Source: an uncultured Candidatus Binatia bacterium (GTDB taxonomy: Bacteria > Desulfobacterota > Binatia > Bin18). From it: a stretch of DNA of 64,000 bases. Within the stretch, counting starts at the first letter, position 1; every line of letters begins with the position of its first letter. The position numbers and the translations under genes are program-made. The notes beneath the pieces were generated by a model. It ran no database searches, was not told the DNA's origin, and was given only the letters and a program-made list of their open reading frames with translations. Positions 10,378 through 19,915 of the stretch are shown here, one piece after another. The DNA lies in NCBI GenBank assembly GCA_965214605.1, contig OZ243961.1, positions 1,376,001 through 1,440,000 on the forward strand, given 5' to 3'.

Positions 10378-10839
10378 ATGGCGGTAGAGGGAACAGGCAA
10401 TAAACAACGTGCAATCGTCCCGATGTTGCGCTTGCCGATCTCCCCCGATACAAAACCCTATCTGGTCGGCCATCGCTGCCCCTCGTGTGGCGCCCATTTT
10501 ATCGGTGCCGGTCGGGTGGGCTGTAGTAAATGTACCGCAACAGAGCCGCTCACCGAGGTCAAACTCAGCGACCACGGGACTCTGTATGTCTACTCCATCG
10601 TCCATCAATCGGTCCCTGGCGTTCCGGTTCCCTATGTCTCGGCTATTGTTGACCTACCTGAGGGAGTCAGTGTGCGCTGCAATCTGGTCGATGTTGAGCC
10701 CGACCCAGCCAAACTGCAGTTCGGCATGCCGGTTGAGATGGTAACCCGGAAAGTACGCGAACGCAAAGAGAAAAATGACCAGGGCGAAGAAGAAACCATT
10801 GATATCATCGCTTTCTTCTTTAAGCCCAGTCAGAACTGA
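10378..10839 (+). CDS. Zn-ribbon/OB-fold DUF35-family acyl-CoA-binding protein
   Basis: CPSCG...CSKC rubredoxin-like ribbon, GTLYVYSIVH, PYVSAIVDLPEG, GMPVE. RBS GAAGGAG. Adjacent to a thiolase gene. Confidence 0.9.
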   Translation: MAVEGTGNKQRAIVPMLRLPISPDTKPYLVGHRCPSCGAHFIGAGRVGCSKCTATEPLTEVKLSDHGTLYVYSIVHQSVPGVPVPYVSAIVDLPEGVSVRCNLVDVEPDPAKLQFGMPVEMVTRKVRERKEKNDQGEEETIDIIAFFFKPSQN

Positions 10840-10903
10840 GCGACGGATCGGATTCCGCCGAGCCACAGATGAGACACCACGCCGCAGAAAGGGAGGCAAA
10901 ATC

Positions 10904-12040
10904 ATGCGAGACGTATATGTACTTGGTGTAGGAATGATCAAATTTGGCCGCTATCCAGATAAGGACATTTCCCAGCTCGGCGGCGAAGCCGCCCTTGGTG
11001 CCCTCAAAGACGCCAGTATGTCCATTAAAGATATTGAGATGTTCGTGTGTGGCAACCTGTTTCAAGCCAACGCGATGAATGGGCAGAAAATTCTTCAACA
11101 GATCGGGCAAACCGGGATCCCCGTCTTTAACGTATCCAACGCCTGTGCAACTGGCTCAACCGCTTTCCGCGAAGCCTACGTTGGCGTTGCTTCGGGCATG
11201 TACGACGTCACCATGGCAGTCGGCGTTGAGCAGATGGGGAAAATGGGTCTGCTGGGCGGCGGTGCACGCAGCGGCGGCGAGAGTGTTGAAGGTGTCTTAG
11301 GCAGTGGCCTTATGCCAGCAGTATTCGGACAAGCTGGGGTCGAACATATGCGCCAATATGGCACCACCGCTGAACAGTTTGCCAAAATCTCGGTCAAAAA
11401 CCACAAACATTCGGTGCATAACCCCCTGTCCCAGTACCAGGTTGAGGTCTCTCTAGACGACGTGATGAAAGCCCGGATGGTTGCCTACCCGAACACCTTG
11501 TACATGTGCTGTCCGACGGGCGACGGGGCAGCCGCGGCTATTCTCGTCTCTGAAGAAAAGATGAAACAGTTCACGACGAAACCTATCAAGGTGGCGGCTT
11601 CTGTTCTGACGTCTGATCCATATACCGAGCGCGATCTGACCATGCCCGACGTCAACACCCTGACCCAAAATGCGGCCAAACAGGCTTATGAAAAATCCGG
11701 CCTTGGTCCCCAAGATCTTGATTTGGTCGAACTCCACGACTGTTTTGCCACGGCCGAGCTGCTGCACTATGAAAATCTTGGACTGTGTGGTGAGGGCGAA
11801 GCCGGTCAGCTGATCGACCAAGGCGAGACCGCTCTAGGTGGTAATATCCCGGTCAACGTCAGCGGCGGTCTGCTGTCAAAAGGACATCCGCTCGGCGCGA
11901 CCGGCGTGGCCAATATCTATGAGCTCGTCAACCAGCTACGTGGCAACGGCGGAGCACGGCAGGTCGATGGAGCCAAAGCCGGTCTGGCCCACGTCATTGG
12001 TCTGGGTTCGGCGTGCACGGTTCATATTCTCACCGCCTGA
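10904..12040 (+). CDS. SCP2/lipid-transfer-type thiolase family protein
   Basis: NACATGS, VELHDCF, GGLLSKGHPLGATG. ATG 10904 follows GGAGG. Confidence 0.92.
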   Translation: MRDVYVLGVGMIKFGRYPDKDISQLGGEAALGALKDASMSIKDIEMFVCGNLFQANAMNGQKILQQIGQTGIPVFNVSNACATGSTAFREAYVGVASGMYDVTMAVGVEQMGKMGLLGGGARSGGESVEGVLGSGLMPAVFGQAGVEHMRQYGTTAEQFAKISVKNHKHSVHNPLSQYQVEVSLDDVMKARMVAYPNTLYMCCPTGDGAAAAILVSEEKMKQFTTKPIKVAASVLTSDPYTERDLTMPDVNTLTQNAAKQAYEKSGLGPQDLDLVELHDCFATAELLHYENLGLCGEGEAGQLIDQGETALGGNIPVNVSGGLLSKGHPLGATGVANIYELVNQLRGNGGARQVDGAKAGLAHVIGLGSACTVHILTA

Positions 12041-12061
12041 TCTTCCTGTTCCCTCTCTTTC

Positions 12062-12094
12062 CAGCAGGGGTTGGTTAAAACCCAACCCCTGCTG
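12062..12094 (+). terminator. Strong hairpin after the thiolase gene, probable terminator
   Basis: Perfect 13-bp stem CAGCAGGGGTTGG/CCAACCCCTGCTG with a 7-nt loop, 21 nt after the stop codon. The U-tract is weak. Confidence 0.65.
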
Positions 12095-12135
12095 TCTCTT
12101 GTGCCATACCATCCTACTATGCAGGAGCATACCGC

Positions 12136-12621
12136 ATGGAACTGCCTATTACCAAACGGCTCAGGCAAGAACTCGAAGAACTCTATCATGAACTGAACGT
12201 GAAGATTCCAAAAGATCTCCAAGAGGCAGCAGCTCATGGTGATCTGAGTGAAAATGCTGAGTATGAGGCTGCCCGTGCCCGGCAAGACTTCGTCCAGGCC
12301 CGCATTGCGCACTATGAAGAGCGGATAAGCCAGTTATCCCTGTACGATTTATCGAGTGTCCCAAAAGATGTGGTCGCATATGGCAGTCGCGTCAAACTCG
12401 AAGACATCGACAGCGGAGAGATCGTTGAATATCGCATCGTCTTTCCCGAGGAAGTCGATCCCGCCAGCGGCAAGATCTCCCTCCATTCGCCGATTGGCCA
12501 AGCACTGCTGCATAAATCTGTTGATGACGAGGCAGAGGTACAGACCCCTCAGGGCAAACGCATATACGAAATCATTGAGCTGATCACTATGCACGAGCTC
12601 AACGACGATCTTGACCGGTGA
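12136..12621 (+). CDS. greA: Transcription elongation factor GreA
   Basis: AHGDLSENAEYEAA, KISLHSPIGQALL. Confidence 0.93.
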   Translation: MELPITKRLRQELEELYHELNVKIPKDLQEAAAHGDLSENAEYEAARARQDFVQARIAHYEERISQLSLYDLSSVPKDVVAYGSRVKLEDIDSGEIVEYRIVFPEEVDPASGKISLHSPIGQALLHKSVDDEAEVQTPQGKRIYEIIELITMHELNDDLDR

Positions 12622-12705
12622 AGAGCGCGTTGGGTCACAAAATTGTATCCCTCGGCTCTTGCGCACCAGCCGCAGATCGTCTAAAGTGCAGATGGAGGTA
12701 GGAGG

Positions 12706-12734
12706 AAAAGTGGGCCGGTGCCCACTTTTTTTTT
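12706..12734 (+). promoter_or_regulatory. rimP-leader hairpin (terminator/attenuator-like)
   Basis: AAAAGTGGGC-CGGT-GCCCACTTTT followed by more T residues, immediately 5' of rimP. A GTGGG/CCCAC hairpin in this position is widespread in bacteria. Confidence 0.75.
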
Positions 12735-12738
12735 GGAG

Positions 12739-13260
12739 ATGCAGTCTGGAGACCAAGATATTATCCGGCAAGTCGAGCGTATCGCGGCTGGTATAGTAGC
12801 AGCTGCGGGCTGCGAAATCTGGGAGATTGTCTTTCGATCAGAAGCCCGACAATGGGTATTGCGGATCACCCTCGACCGAGAAGATGGCGTCCCGCTTGAT
12901 GAACTGACGCAGATTCACCGGGAACTGAGCGATGTGCTCGACGCCCACGACACCATCCCCCGATGGTATACGCTTGAAGTGTCTTCGCCTGGTATTAACC
13001 GTCCGCTGCTCCGTCCAAGCCACTATACCCGCTATCTCGGCCAGCGAATTCGTCTCCAAACAAAAAATGTCCAACATGGTCGACGGACATTTACCGGACT
13101 GCTGAGAGAAACGGATGAGCGTCAGGTCAGTATTGAAGACAAGTCTCTTGGCGTAGTACATATTTCCTGGCAGGCGATAGCTAAAGCGTACGTTGATTAT
13201 GAGTTTCCGGTTGGAGGACAGAAGAAAAAAAACGTTGGGCGACAGAAATCGGCCCCATAG
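12739..13260 (+). CDS. rimP: Ribosome maturation factor RimP
   Basis: LRITLDREDGV, YTLEVSSPGINRPL. First gene of the nusA operon. Start codon is uncertain. Confidence 0.93.
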   Translation: MQSGDQDIIRQVERIAAGIVAAAGCEIWEIVFRSEARQWVLRITLDREDGVPLDELTQIHRELSDVLDAHDTIPRWYTLEVSSPGINRPLLRPSHYTRYLGQRIRLQTKNVQHGRRTFTGLLRETDERQVSIEDKSLGVVHISWQAIAKAYVDYEFPVGGQKKKNVGRQKSAP

Positions 13261-13274
13261 GGAGAACACGAGCT

Positions 13275-14675
13275 ATGCAGCCAGATCTCAATCGGGTGAT
13301 CGAACAGGTCAGCAAAGAAAAAGGCATGGATCGTCAGGTCATCATCGAAGCCATCGAGAGCGCCATGCTGTCCGCGGCTAGACGCACCTTTGGCCAAAAG
13401 CAGATTGAGGCTAAATTTAATACAGAAATTGGCGAGGTGGAGCTGTTCGAAATCAGGACGGTCGTGCAGACCATTACCGACCCGGAAACCGAGATCACCC
13501 TTGCTGATGCCCAGGCCAATATGGATCCCGAAGCCCAAGAGGGCGATGACTTACTCAGCAAGTTGCCAGCCACCTCGTTTGGCCGAATTGCCGCTCAGGT
13601 GGCCAAGCAAAGTGTGATCCAGAAAGTACGGGAAGCCGAACGCGAGCTGATTTATAACGAATTTCTTGATCGCAAAGGCGAAATATTCTCCGGCATCGTG
13701 CAGCGCATCGAGCGTAAGAACATTATTGTAAACCTCGGCCGAACTGACGCAGTACTACCAGAAAAAGAACAAATCCCCTGGGAACGGTATAGGCAGGGAG
13801 ACCGCATTCGCGCCTTTGTTCTGGATGTCGAGATGTCACATAAAGGCCCCCAGATTGTTCTGTCCCGCACCCATCCCGGTTTTCTGATCAAACTCTTTGA
13901 GCAAGAAGCGCCCGAGGTCTACGAAGGGATTATCGAAATTAAAGGGGCGGCCCGCGAGCCGGGCAGCCGGGCCAAGATTGCCGTCCATTCCACCGATCCG
14001 GACGTTGACCCCGTCGGAGCTTGCGTGGGCATGAAGGGCACGCGAGTTCAAGCCGTCGTGCAAGAACTTCGTGGCGAGCGGGTTGATATCGTGCCTTGGA
14101 CCCCTGACCCGGCCGAATATGTCTGCCGGGCTATCTTGCCAGCCAAGGTGTCCAAGATTATCCTCGATGAAGACGATCACGCTATGGAAATCATCGTTCC
14201 AGACGACCAGCTGTCCTTAGCCATTGGCAAAAAAGGCCAGAACATCCGTCTCGCGTCCCGTTTAACAGAGTGGCGGCTTGATGTCCGCTCGGAATCTGAG
14301 GTTGAACTAGAACGCGCGCGGGCCTTAGAGTCGTTGACCAGCGTGGCGGGTATTGGCGATCTGACCGCAGAACTCTTATATCAACAGGGCTATAAATCAG
14401 CCGCAGATGTGGCGGAAGCCGATACGGCCGCGCTGGCTGAGCTAGAGGGAATCGAAGCGGATAAGGCGCAAGCCATCCTCCAGGCCGTTCACGACTACGT
14501 TGCCGAGCAGGCCGCAACGGAAGCCGAAAATCAGGAATCAAGTGACGCGCCGGACGGGGTGGGAGACAGATCGGTCGATGGTCAGGCGGCTGGGCGGACA
14601 GATGGCCCTCAAGAAGCCTTGCTGGCCCAAGCTACAGGAGTGGAAAGTGTAGAAACCCCATCGGAAGAAGTATGA
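13275..14675 (+). CDS. nusA: Transcription termination factor NusA
   Basis: FGRIAAQVAKQ, AREPGSRAKIAV, VDPVGACVGMKG, SLAIGKKGQNIRLAS. Confidence 0.98.
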   Translation: MQPDLNRVIEQVSKEKGMDRQVIIEAIESAMLSAARRTFGQKQIEAKFNTEIGEVELFEIRTVVQTITDPETEITLADAQANMDPEAQEGDDLLSKLPATSFGRIAAQVAKQSVIQKVREAERELIYNEFLDRKGEIFSGIVQRIERKNIIVNLGRTDAVLPEKEQIPWERYRQGDRIRAFVLDVEMSHKGPQIVLSRTHPGFLIKLFEQEAPEVYEGIIEIKGAAREPGSRAKIAVHSTDPDVDPVGACVGMKGTRVQAVVQELRGERVDIVPWTPDPAEYVCRAILPAKVSKIILDEDDHAMEIIVPDDQLSLAIGKKGQNIRLASRLTEWRLDVRSESEVELERARALESLTSVAGIGDLTAELLYQQGYKSAADVAEADTAALAELEGIEADKAQAILQAVHDYVAEQAATEAENQESSDAPDGVGDRSVDGQAAGRTDGPQEALLAQATGVESVETPSEEV

Positions 14676-14938
14676 GGCGGACCAATCCTATACGTCGCTG
14701 TGTTGGCTGCGGAAAGCGTGAGAGGCAGGAACGCTTGTTCCGCTTTGCCCAGGGCCGAGACGGGCTCCTCCAGCCCGGACCGAGCGCAGGCCGAGGAGCT
14801 TACCTCCATCCGCGTCGTTCATGTCTCAATGCTTTTACGAATGCTCGCTCAAGCTTTGTTCGCTCGCTCAAGACAACGGTCTCACGAGAAGTCCGAGAAC
14901 GCTACGCCGGCCTGATTGAGAACAGCCTGATACTGTGA
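14672..14938 (+). CDS. ylxR: YlxR (DUF448/RnpM) family RNA-binding protein
   Basis: [16 protein letters not shown]. Located between nusA and infB. Confidence 0.9.
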   Translation: MRRTNPIRRCVGCGKRERQERLFRFAQGRDGLLQPGPSAGRGAYLHPRRSCLNAFTNARSSFVRSLKTTVSREVRERYAGLIENSLIL

Positions 14939-14957
14939 CCGGAGGGAATGCGGGTAT

Positions 14958-17903
14958 ATGCCACGAAAGCGCATCCATGAATTGGCCAAGGAATTGGGGT
15001 TAGAGACCCGTCAGCTCATCGCGAAGCTTGAGCTTATAGGGGTGAAAGGGAAAAAGCCCCAGAGTACGCTGACCGATGATGAGCTCGCCCTGCTACGCGC
15101 CAGAGAGACTCCGCAGCCAACTCCAAACCTCGTTTTGGGAGAGGAAAAACTCGTCGCAGAACGCGTGGTGACTGAGGTCGACCAAAACGAGCACCGCGTG
15201 ACTTCTCGCGAGGAAGTGCGTGAGAGCCGTATCAAACCCAATATCATTCGGCGTCGGACAAAACGGGTTGAAATGCATGAGGAAGCGGCCCCACCCGCAG
15301 AGCCGGTTTTCACAGCCCCCTCTCTTGATGAGCCTTTTTCTGCACCGCCGCCGATCGCTTTTGATTTGCCAGACCCGGTTCCAACCGGTCTGCCACAGCA
15401 GCCGACGGTCTTCTCCTCGGTGTCGCAAGAGCCAACCACCCCTACAGCTCTGATTCCGGAACCTCCCAAAGACGCCTCCGAGCCGCCCGCTCCTGCACTC
15501 CCACCGGTCGATGAATTAGAAGAGCTGTCAACCCCGGTCCAGCAGCCGCCCGTTGACGTCTCAGCTCCAGACGGATCAGAGGTAAGCCAGACCGCCGCAA
15601 AACCGCTGACCGTCCCCCCAACCGAAGACCTCTCGGGCGATAGACCAGATGGAGGTCTGGCGACCGAAGCTCAGGAATTGACCCAGCGCGAGATTTCACC
15701 CTCACCCCCAGACCAGCCGGATCAGACCGGGTCGGCAGACCAGGAGAAGATGGCGGTCGCCCCTGCCAAAACAGCCCAGGCTCCGGCCCTGCGTTCGGCC
15801 CGGGTCCTGGGCCGTATCGATCTTGGCAAACTGCAAGAGGCAAAACCCAGCCGTCCAGAAGTCAAGGCTCCGGCCCCCTCGCCCGCGTCTCAACCGGTCG
15901 CCTTTCGGGAACCGCTGCGAAACGGCAGAGATATACCGCCCACCAGCCTGCCCAAAAAGGGGAAAAAGCGCAAAATCATACGTAAATCCGAACTCCAGGA
16001 AACCCCTGAGCTTGATGTTCGCATGACCCGTGGTGGGGCCAAAAAACGCCGTGTCCAGCCCGGGAAAGAACAGCGTCAGACCGAAATCACCGTTCCCAAG
16101 GCCAGTAAGCGCGTGATTCGTATCTCTGAGGTCATTACGGTCGGCGATTTAGCCAGACAGATGGGCGTCAAGGCCGCGGAGGTCATCAGGAAGCTCATGG
16201 GCCTTGGTCTAATGGCAACGATTAATCAAGTTCTTGACATGGACACCGCGGCCTTAGTCGCCAGTGAGTTCGAGTATACGATTGAAAACGTCGCCTTTGA
16301 CGTCGATTCGGTCTTGGAAGACAGCCATGAGCCGGTTGAAGACGAAGGCCAGCTTGAGGTTCGCCCACCAGTTGTAACCATCATGGGCCATGTCGATCAT
16401 GGGAAAACGTCTCTCCTAGACATGATCCGTCAGACCAATGTAACCGCCCAGGAGCACGGTGGCATTACCCAACATATTGGCGCCTATAGTGTTGAGGTGG
16501 ACGGCCGCAGCCTGACCTTTCTCGATACGCCAGGCCATGAAGCCTTCACCGCCATGCGGGCGCGTGGAGCCGAAGTCACCGATATCGTGACCCTCATTGT
16601 GGCCGCCGATGACGGCATCATGCCGCAGACTGTCGAGGCGATCAACCACGCCCGCGCGGCAGACGTGCCGATCATTGTGGCGATCAATAAAATTGATAAA
16701 CCCGGCGCTGACCCGGACCGCGTCAAACGCGAACTGATGAATCATAGTCTGCTGGCCGAGGACCTTGGCGGCGATGTGATCGTTGCCCCAGTATCGGCCC
16801 TGACCGGAGAAGGTATTCCCGAGCTGTTGGAAATGATTCTGCTCCAGGCCGATATCATGGAGCTGCGTTCTCACCCCGACAAGCTTGCTCGGGGTATTAT
16901 TGTTGAAGCAAAACTTGACCGCGGCCGTGGTCCGGTCGCCACTGTGTTAGTCCAAGAAGGTGAGCTCAAAATTGGCGATCCATTTGTGTGCGGCATCGAG
17001 CACGGTCGCGTTCGCGCCATGCTCGATAGTTGGGGCCATAAAGTTGACAAAGCATCGTCGTCCATGCCGGTTGAGATTCTGGGACTGACCGGAGTGCCGG
17101 AGGCTGGGGACTCTTTTGTCGTCCTCAACGATGAGGCCAAAGCGCGTCAGGTCACCGAACATCGGCGTTCCAAACGACGAGAGACCGAGCTGGCAAAAAA
17201 CACAACGCGAGCCTCACTCGAAGACTTTCACCAGCAGGTCCAGACCGGCGAGGTGAAGGATCTCCGGATTATTATCAAGGGAGATGTTCAGGGTTCAATC
17301 GAAGCCGTCAGCGACGCCCTCAATCGCCTGTCGACAGATGAGGTCAAGGTCTCTATCTTGCACGCCTCGCCCGGCGGCATTACCGAGTCAGACGTCCTGT
17401 TGGCAACCGCCTCCAAGGGCATAATCATCGGTTTTAATGTTCGAGCCGAGAGCAATGCCGCCCGTATGGCCGAACGAGAAGGAATCGAAATTCGGCTCTA
17501 CAATGTCATCTACGAACTGATTGAAGATATCCGAGCCGCCCTCGAAGGCTTGCTTGAGCCGGTCTATGAGGAGAAACTTCTCGGGCAGGCTGAGGTTCGA
17601 CAGGTCTTCACGATCTCCCGTTTGGGGATGATCGCCGGCTGCTTTATCAATGAGGGACGCGTCCAGCGCGGTGCCCAGGCCAGACTCCTACGCGATCAAA
17701 AAATCGTCTACGAGGGAAACATCGCCACTCTCAAGCGCTTCAAGGATGATGTCCGAGAAGTGTTGGCCGGCACCGAGTGTGGCGTCGGGCTAGAGAACTG
17801 TAAAGACATACAGTCCGGAGATGCTCTCGAGATTTACGAGCTTGAGCAAGTGCTACGCCGTCTTGAGCCCAAACCGCGCCTAGAAACACAACCGCGCATT
17901 TGA
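14958..17903 (+). CDS. infB: Translation initiation factor IF-2
   Basis: [32 protein letters not shown]. Long Pro-rich N-terminal linker. Confidence 0.99.
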   Translation: MPRKRIHELAKELGLETRQLIAKLELIGVKGKKPQSTLTDDELALLRARETPQPTPNLVLGEEKLVAERVVTEVDQNEHRVTSREEVRESRIKPNIIRRRTKRVEMHEEAAPPAEPVFTAPSLDEPFSAPPPIAFDLPDPVPTGLPQQPTVFSSVSQEPTTPTALIPEPPKDASEPPAPALPPVDELEELSTPVQQPPVDVSAPDGSEVSQTAAKPLTVPPTEDLSGDRPDGGLATEAQELTQREISPSPPDQPDQTGSADQEKMAVAPAKTAQAPALRSARVLGRIDLGKLQEAKPSRPEVKAPAPSPASQPVAFREPLRNGRDIPPTSLPKKGKKRKIIRKSELQETPELDVRMTRGGAKKRRVQPGKEQRQTEITVPKASKRVIRISEVITVGDLARQMGVKAAEVIRKLMGLGLMATINQVLDMDTAALVASEFEYTIENVAFDVDSVLEDSHEPVEDEGQLEVRPPVVTIMGHVDHGKTSLLDMIRQTNVTAQEHGGITQHIGAYSVEVDGRSLTFLDTPGHEAFTAMRARGAEVTDIVTLIVAADDGIMPQTVEAINHARAADVPIIVAINKIDKPGADPDRVKRELMNHSLLAEDLGGDVIVAPVSALTGEGIPELLEMILLQADIMELRSHPDKLARGIIVEAKLDRGRGPVATVLVQEGELKIGDPFVCGIEHGRVRAMLDSWGHKVDKASSSMPVEILGLTGVPEAGDSFVVLNDEAKARQVTEHRRSKRRETELAKNTTRASLEDFHQQVQTGEVKDLRIIIKGDVQGSIEAVSDALNRLSTDEVKVSILHASPGGITESDVLLATASKGIIIGFNVRAESNAARMAEREGIEIRLYNVIYELIEDIRAALEGLLEPVYEEKLLGQAEVRQVFTISRLGMIAGCFINEGRVQRGAQARLLRDQKIVYEGNIATLKRFKDDVREVLAGTECGVGLENCKDIQSGDALEIYELEQVLRRLEPKPRLETQPRI

Positions 17904-17943
17904 TCCAGCCAAGTCGGACCGGGTCTCAGTGACGAGGTGGAGC

Positions 17944-18231
17944 GTGGTCGTTGGTGTTTTACAGCTGGCCCTGTATATTGAGGCCAGTCATTCGCTCAAA
18001 GAGAAGCGGGGGGTCCTGCGCCGGATCAAGAACCGAGTTCGCAACGAGTTTAATGTTTCCATTGCTGAGTGTGGCGGACAGGACTTATGGCAAAAAGCCG
18101 TCCTCGGCATCTGCCAGGTCGGGACTGACCAAGTCTATATTGACGGTGGCCTACGGGCTGTTGTCCGCTTTATCGAAAAACTCCACCTGGCCGAGGTCGG
18201 TGAGGAAGCCATAGAGTTTTTGCATTACTAG
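17944..18231 (+). CDS. DUF503 (YlxP) family protein
   Basis: SHSLKEKRGVL..IKNRVRNEFNVSIAE..QDLWQ. Located between infB and rbfA. Confidence 0.9.
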   Translation: MVVGVLQLALYIEASHSLKEKRGVLRRIKNRVRNEFNVSIAECGGQDLWQKAVLGICQVGTDQVYIDGGLRAVVRFIEKLHLAEVGEEAIEFLHY

Positions 18232-18232
18232 T

Positions 18233-18631
18233 ATGCCCTCTCGAAGACCCGAACGTGTCGGCGGCCTCCTGTTGGAGACGGTCGCAGATATTCTGCTCCG
18301 TGAGGTCAAAGACCCACGTGTGAGCGGCGTCATCCTGACCGCCGCCTCTATCAGCTCGGACCTCGGGGAGGCAAGGATTTTCTTCCGGACGCTTGGCTCT
18401 TCCCCGGACCGAACCGAGGTGGGAGCTGGTCTGAAAAGCGCCAGCTCATATATCCGACGCCAAATCGCCGGTCGTCTGCAGCTACGCCGCATTCCTCAGC
18501 TACGTTTTGTGTACGACACGAGTATTGATCAGGCAAACCATATGGAGTCGCTGTTTCAACAGGCGCGGGCCAAGAGCACCGCTCAAACCGCCTCAGCATC
18601 CCAAGAGAAAAAACCACAGTGTCCGGAGTAA
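18233..18631 (+). CDS. rbfA: Ribosome-binding factor A
   Basis: RRPERV, EVKDPRV, LRRIPQLRFVYDTS. Confidence 0.95.
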   Translation: MPSRRPERVGGLLLETVADILLREVKDPRVSGVILTAASISSDLGEARIFFRTLGSSPDRTEVGAGLKSASSYIRRQIAGRLQLRRIPQLRFVYDTSIDQANHMESLFQQARAKSTAQTASASQEKKPQCPE

Positions 18632-19506
18632 ATGGTATTCTGCTGGTTGATAAACCAGTTGGAATGACGTCCGCTGATGTCATCCGCAGCCTGAAAAAAA
18701 TCCTGCTCAAGAAGACAAAAATCGGTCATCTGGGGACTCTCGACCCGTTTGCCAGCGGAGTGTTGCCGGCGTGTATTGGCACTGGCACCAAAATCGCTCG
18801 GTTCCTGATGGCCGAAAATAAGGTGTATACAGGCACCCTTCGTCTTGGCGTTCAAACCGATACGCAGGACGGGACGGGGACGATTAGCCGTACGGCTCCG
18901 GTCCCCAACTATGACCGAGACGTCTTGCGTGATCTTGAGCGACGTTTCTGCGGAGACATTGTACAAATTCCGCCCATGTATTCAGCCATCAAGAAAAACG
19001 GCGTTCCGCTCTACAAGCTTGCCCGCCAGGGCCTTGTGATTGAGCGTCAGCCACGACCAGCGGTGATTCATAGCCTCAGCCTTGAGGCGCGAGACCGCGA
19101 CACCCTCGGCTTCTCAGTCAGCTGCTCCAAAGGCACCTATGTGCGGACTCTGGCCGCCGACCTTGGTACGGCCCTCGGCTGTGGTGCTCATCTGCTGAGC
19201 TTGAGACGCACCGCGTTTGGCTTGTTCAGACTGGCGAATAGCCTGCCTCTAGCCGTCGTCTTGGGAGAGCCGGAGCGACTGAAATCCGCTCTGCTGTCCC
19301 TGTCCCAGGCTTTAGGTCACTACCGCAGGCTCGAAGTTTCTCAGGCAGTGGCAAGCTCGTTGCGTCACGGCCAACAAGACCCCCTGCGCGAGCTGCCTCC
19401 CGCCTCAACTCCACACGAAATTATCCGGCTCGTCACTCCGGACGAAACTTTGGTCGCCCTAGCTCAATACCACCCTCCCCACTGGCGTCTGGCCCGGGTC
19501 TTGTAA
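18619..19506 (+). CDS. truB: tRNA pseudouridine(55) synthase
   Basis: GHLGTLDPFASGVL, PPMYSAIK, CSKGTYVRTL. Confidence 0.97.
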   Translation: MSGVNGILLVDKPVGMTSADVIRSLKKILLKKTKIGHLGTLDPFASGVLPACIGTGTKIARFLMAENKVYTGTLRLGVQTDTQDGTGTISRTAPVPNYDRDVLRDLERRFCGDIVQIPPMYSAIKKNGVPLYKLARQGLVIERQPRPAVIHSLSLEARDRDTLGFSVSCSKGTYVRTLAADLGTALGCGAHLLSLRRTAFGLFRLANSLPLAVVLGEPERLKSALLSLSQALGHYRRLEVSQAVASSLRHGQQDPLRELPPASTPHEIIRLVTPDETLVALAQYHPPHWRLARVL

Positions 19507-19577
19507 GCTTTACAGTGTGAAAACAGCGTGTTAGGATTTTCGGCCTGTATATCCGAAAAGTGAGAAAAGGAGAGGTA

Positions 19578-19850
19578 ATGAGCGTGCAGACCGCCGCCCA
19601 GAAACTTGAGACGATCAAAGAGTACCGAACACATGAACAGGACACCGGTTCTCCGGAAGTCCAGATCGCTCTTTTGACCAAGCGGATCATCTATCTGACC
19701 GAGCATTTTAAAACCCACGCCAAAGATCACCACTCACGACGTGGCCTGCTCTTGTTGGTTGGCCGTCGTCGACGTTTGCTTGACTATCTTCGCGATATTG
19801 ATCCACAGCGTTACCGGACGATTGTCAATCGTCTCGGACTCCGCCGCTAG
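19578..19850 (+). CDS. rpsO: 30S ribosomal protein S15
   Basis: [26 protein letters not shown] 19578 follows GGAGAGG. Confidence 0.98.
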   Translation: MSVQTAAQKLETIKEYRTHEQDTGSPEVQIALLTKRIIYLTEHFKTHAKDHHSRRGLLLLVGRRRRLLDYLRDIDPQRYRTIVNRLGLRR

Positions 19851-19915
19851 GTGAGCTGCGTTCTGCTTCTCAGCCGGGGCGCAGGCCCCCCAATTCTGTC
19901 ATCGTAAGGAGTTCT

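Noticed and set aside
15280-15960. Pro/Glu-rich low-complexity stretch in IF-2
   Set aside because: A variable N-terminal linker is normal for IF-2, and I saw no tandem DNA repeat.
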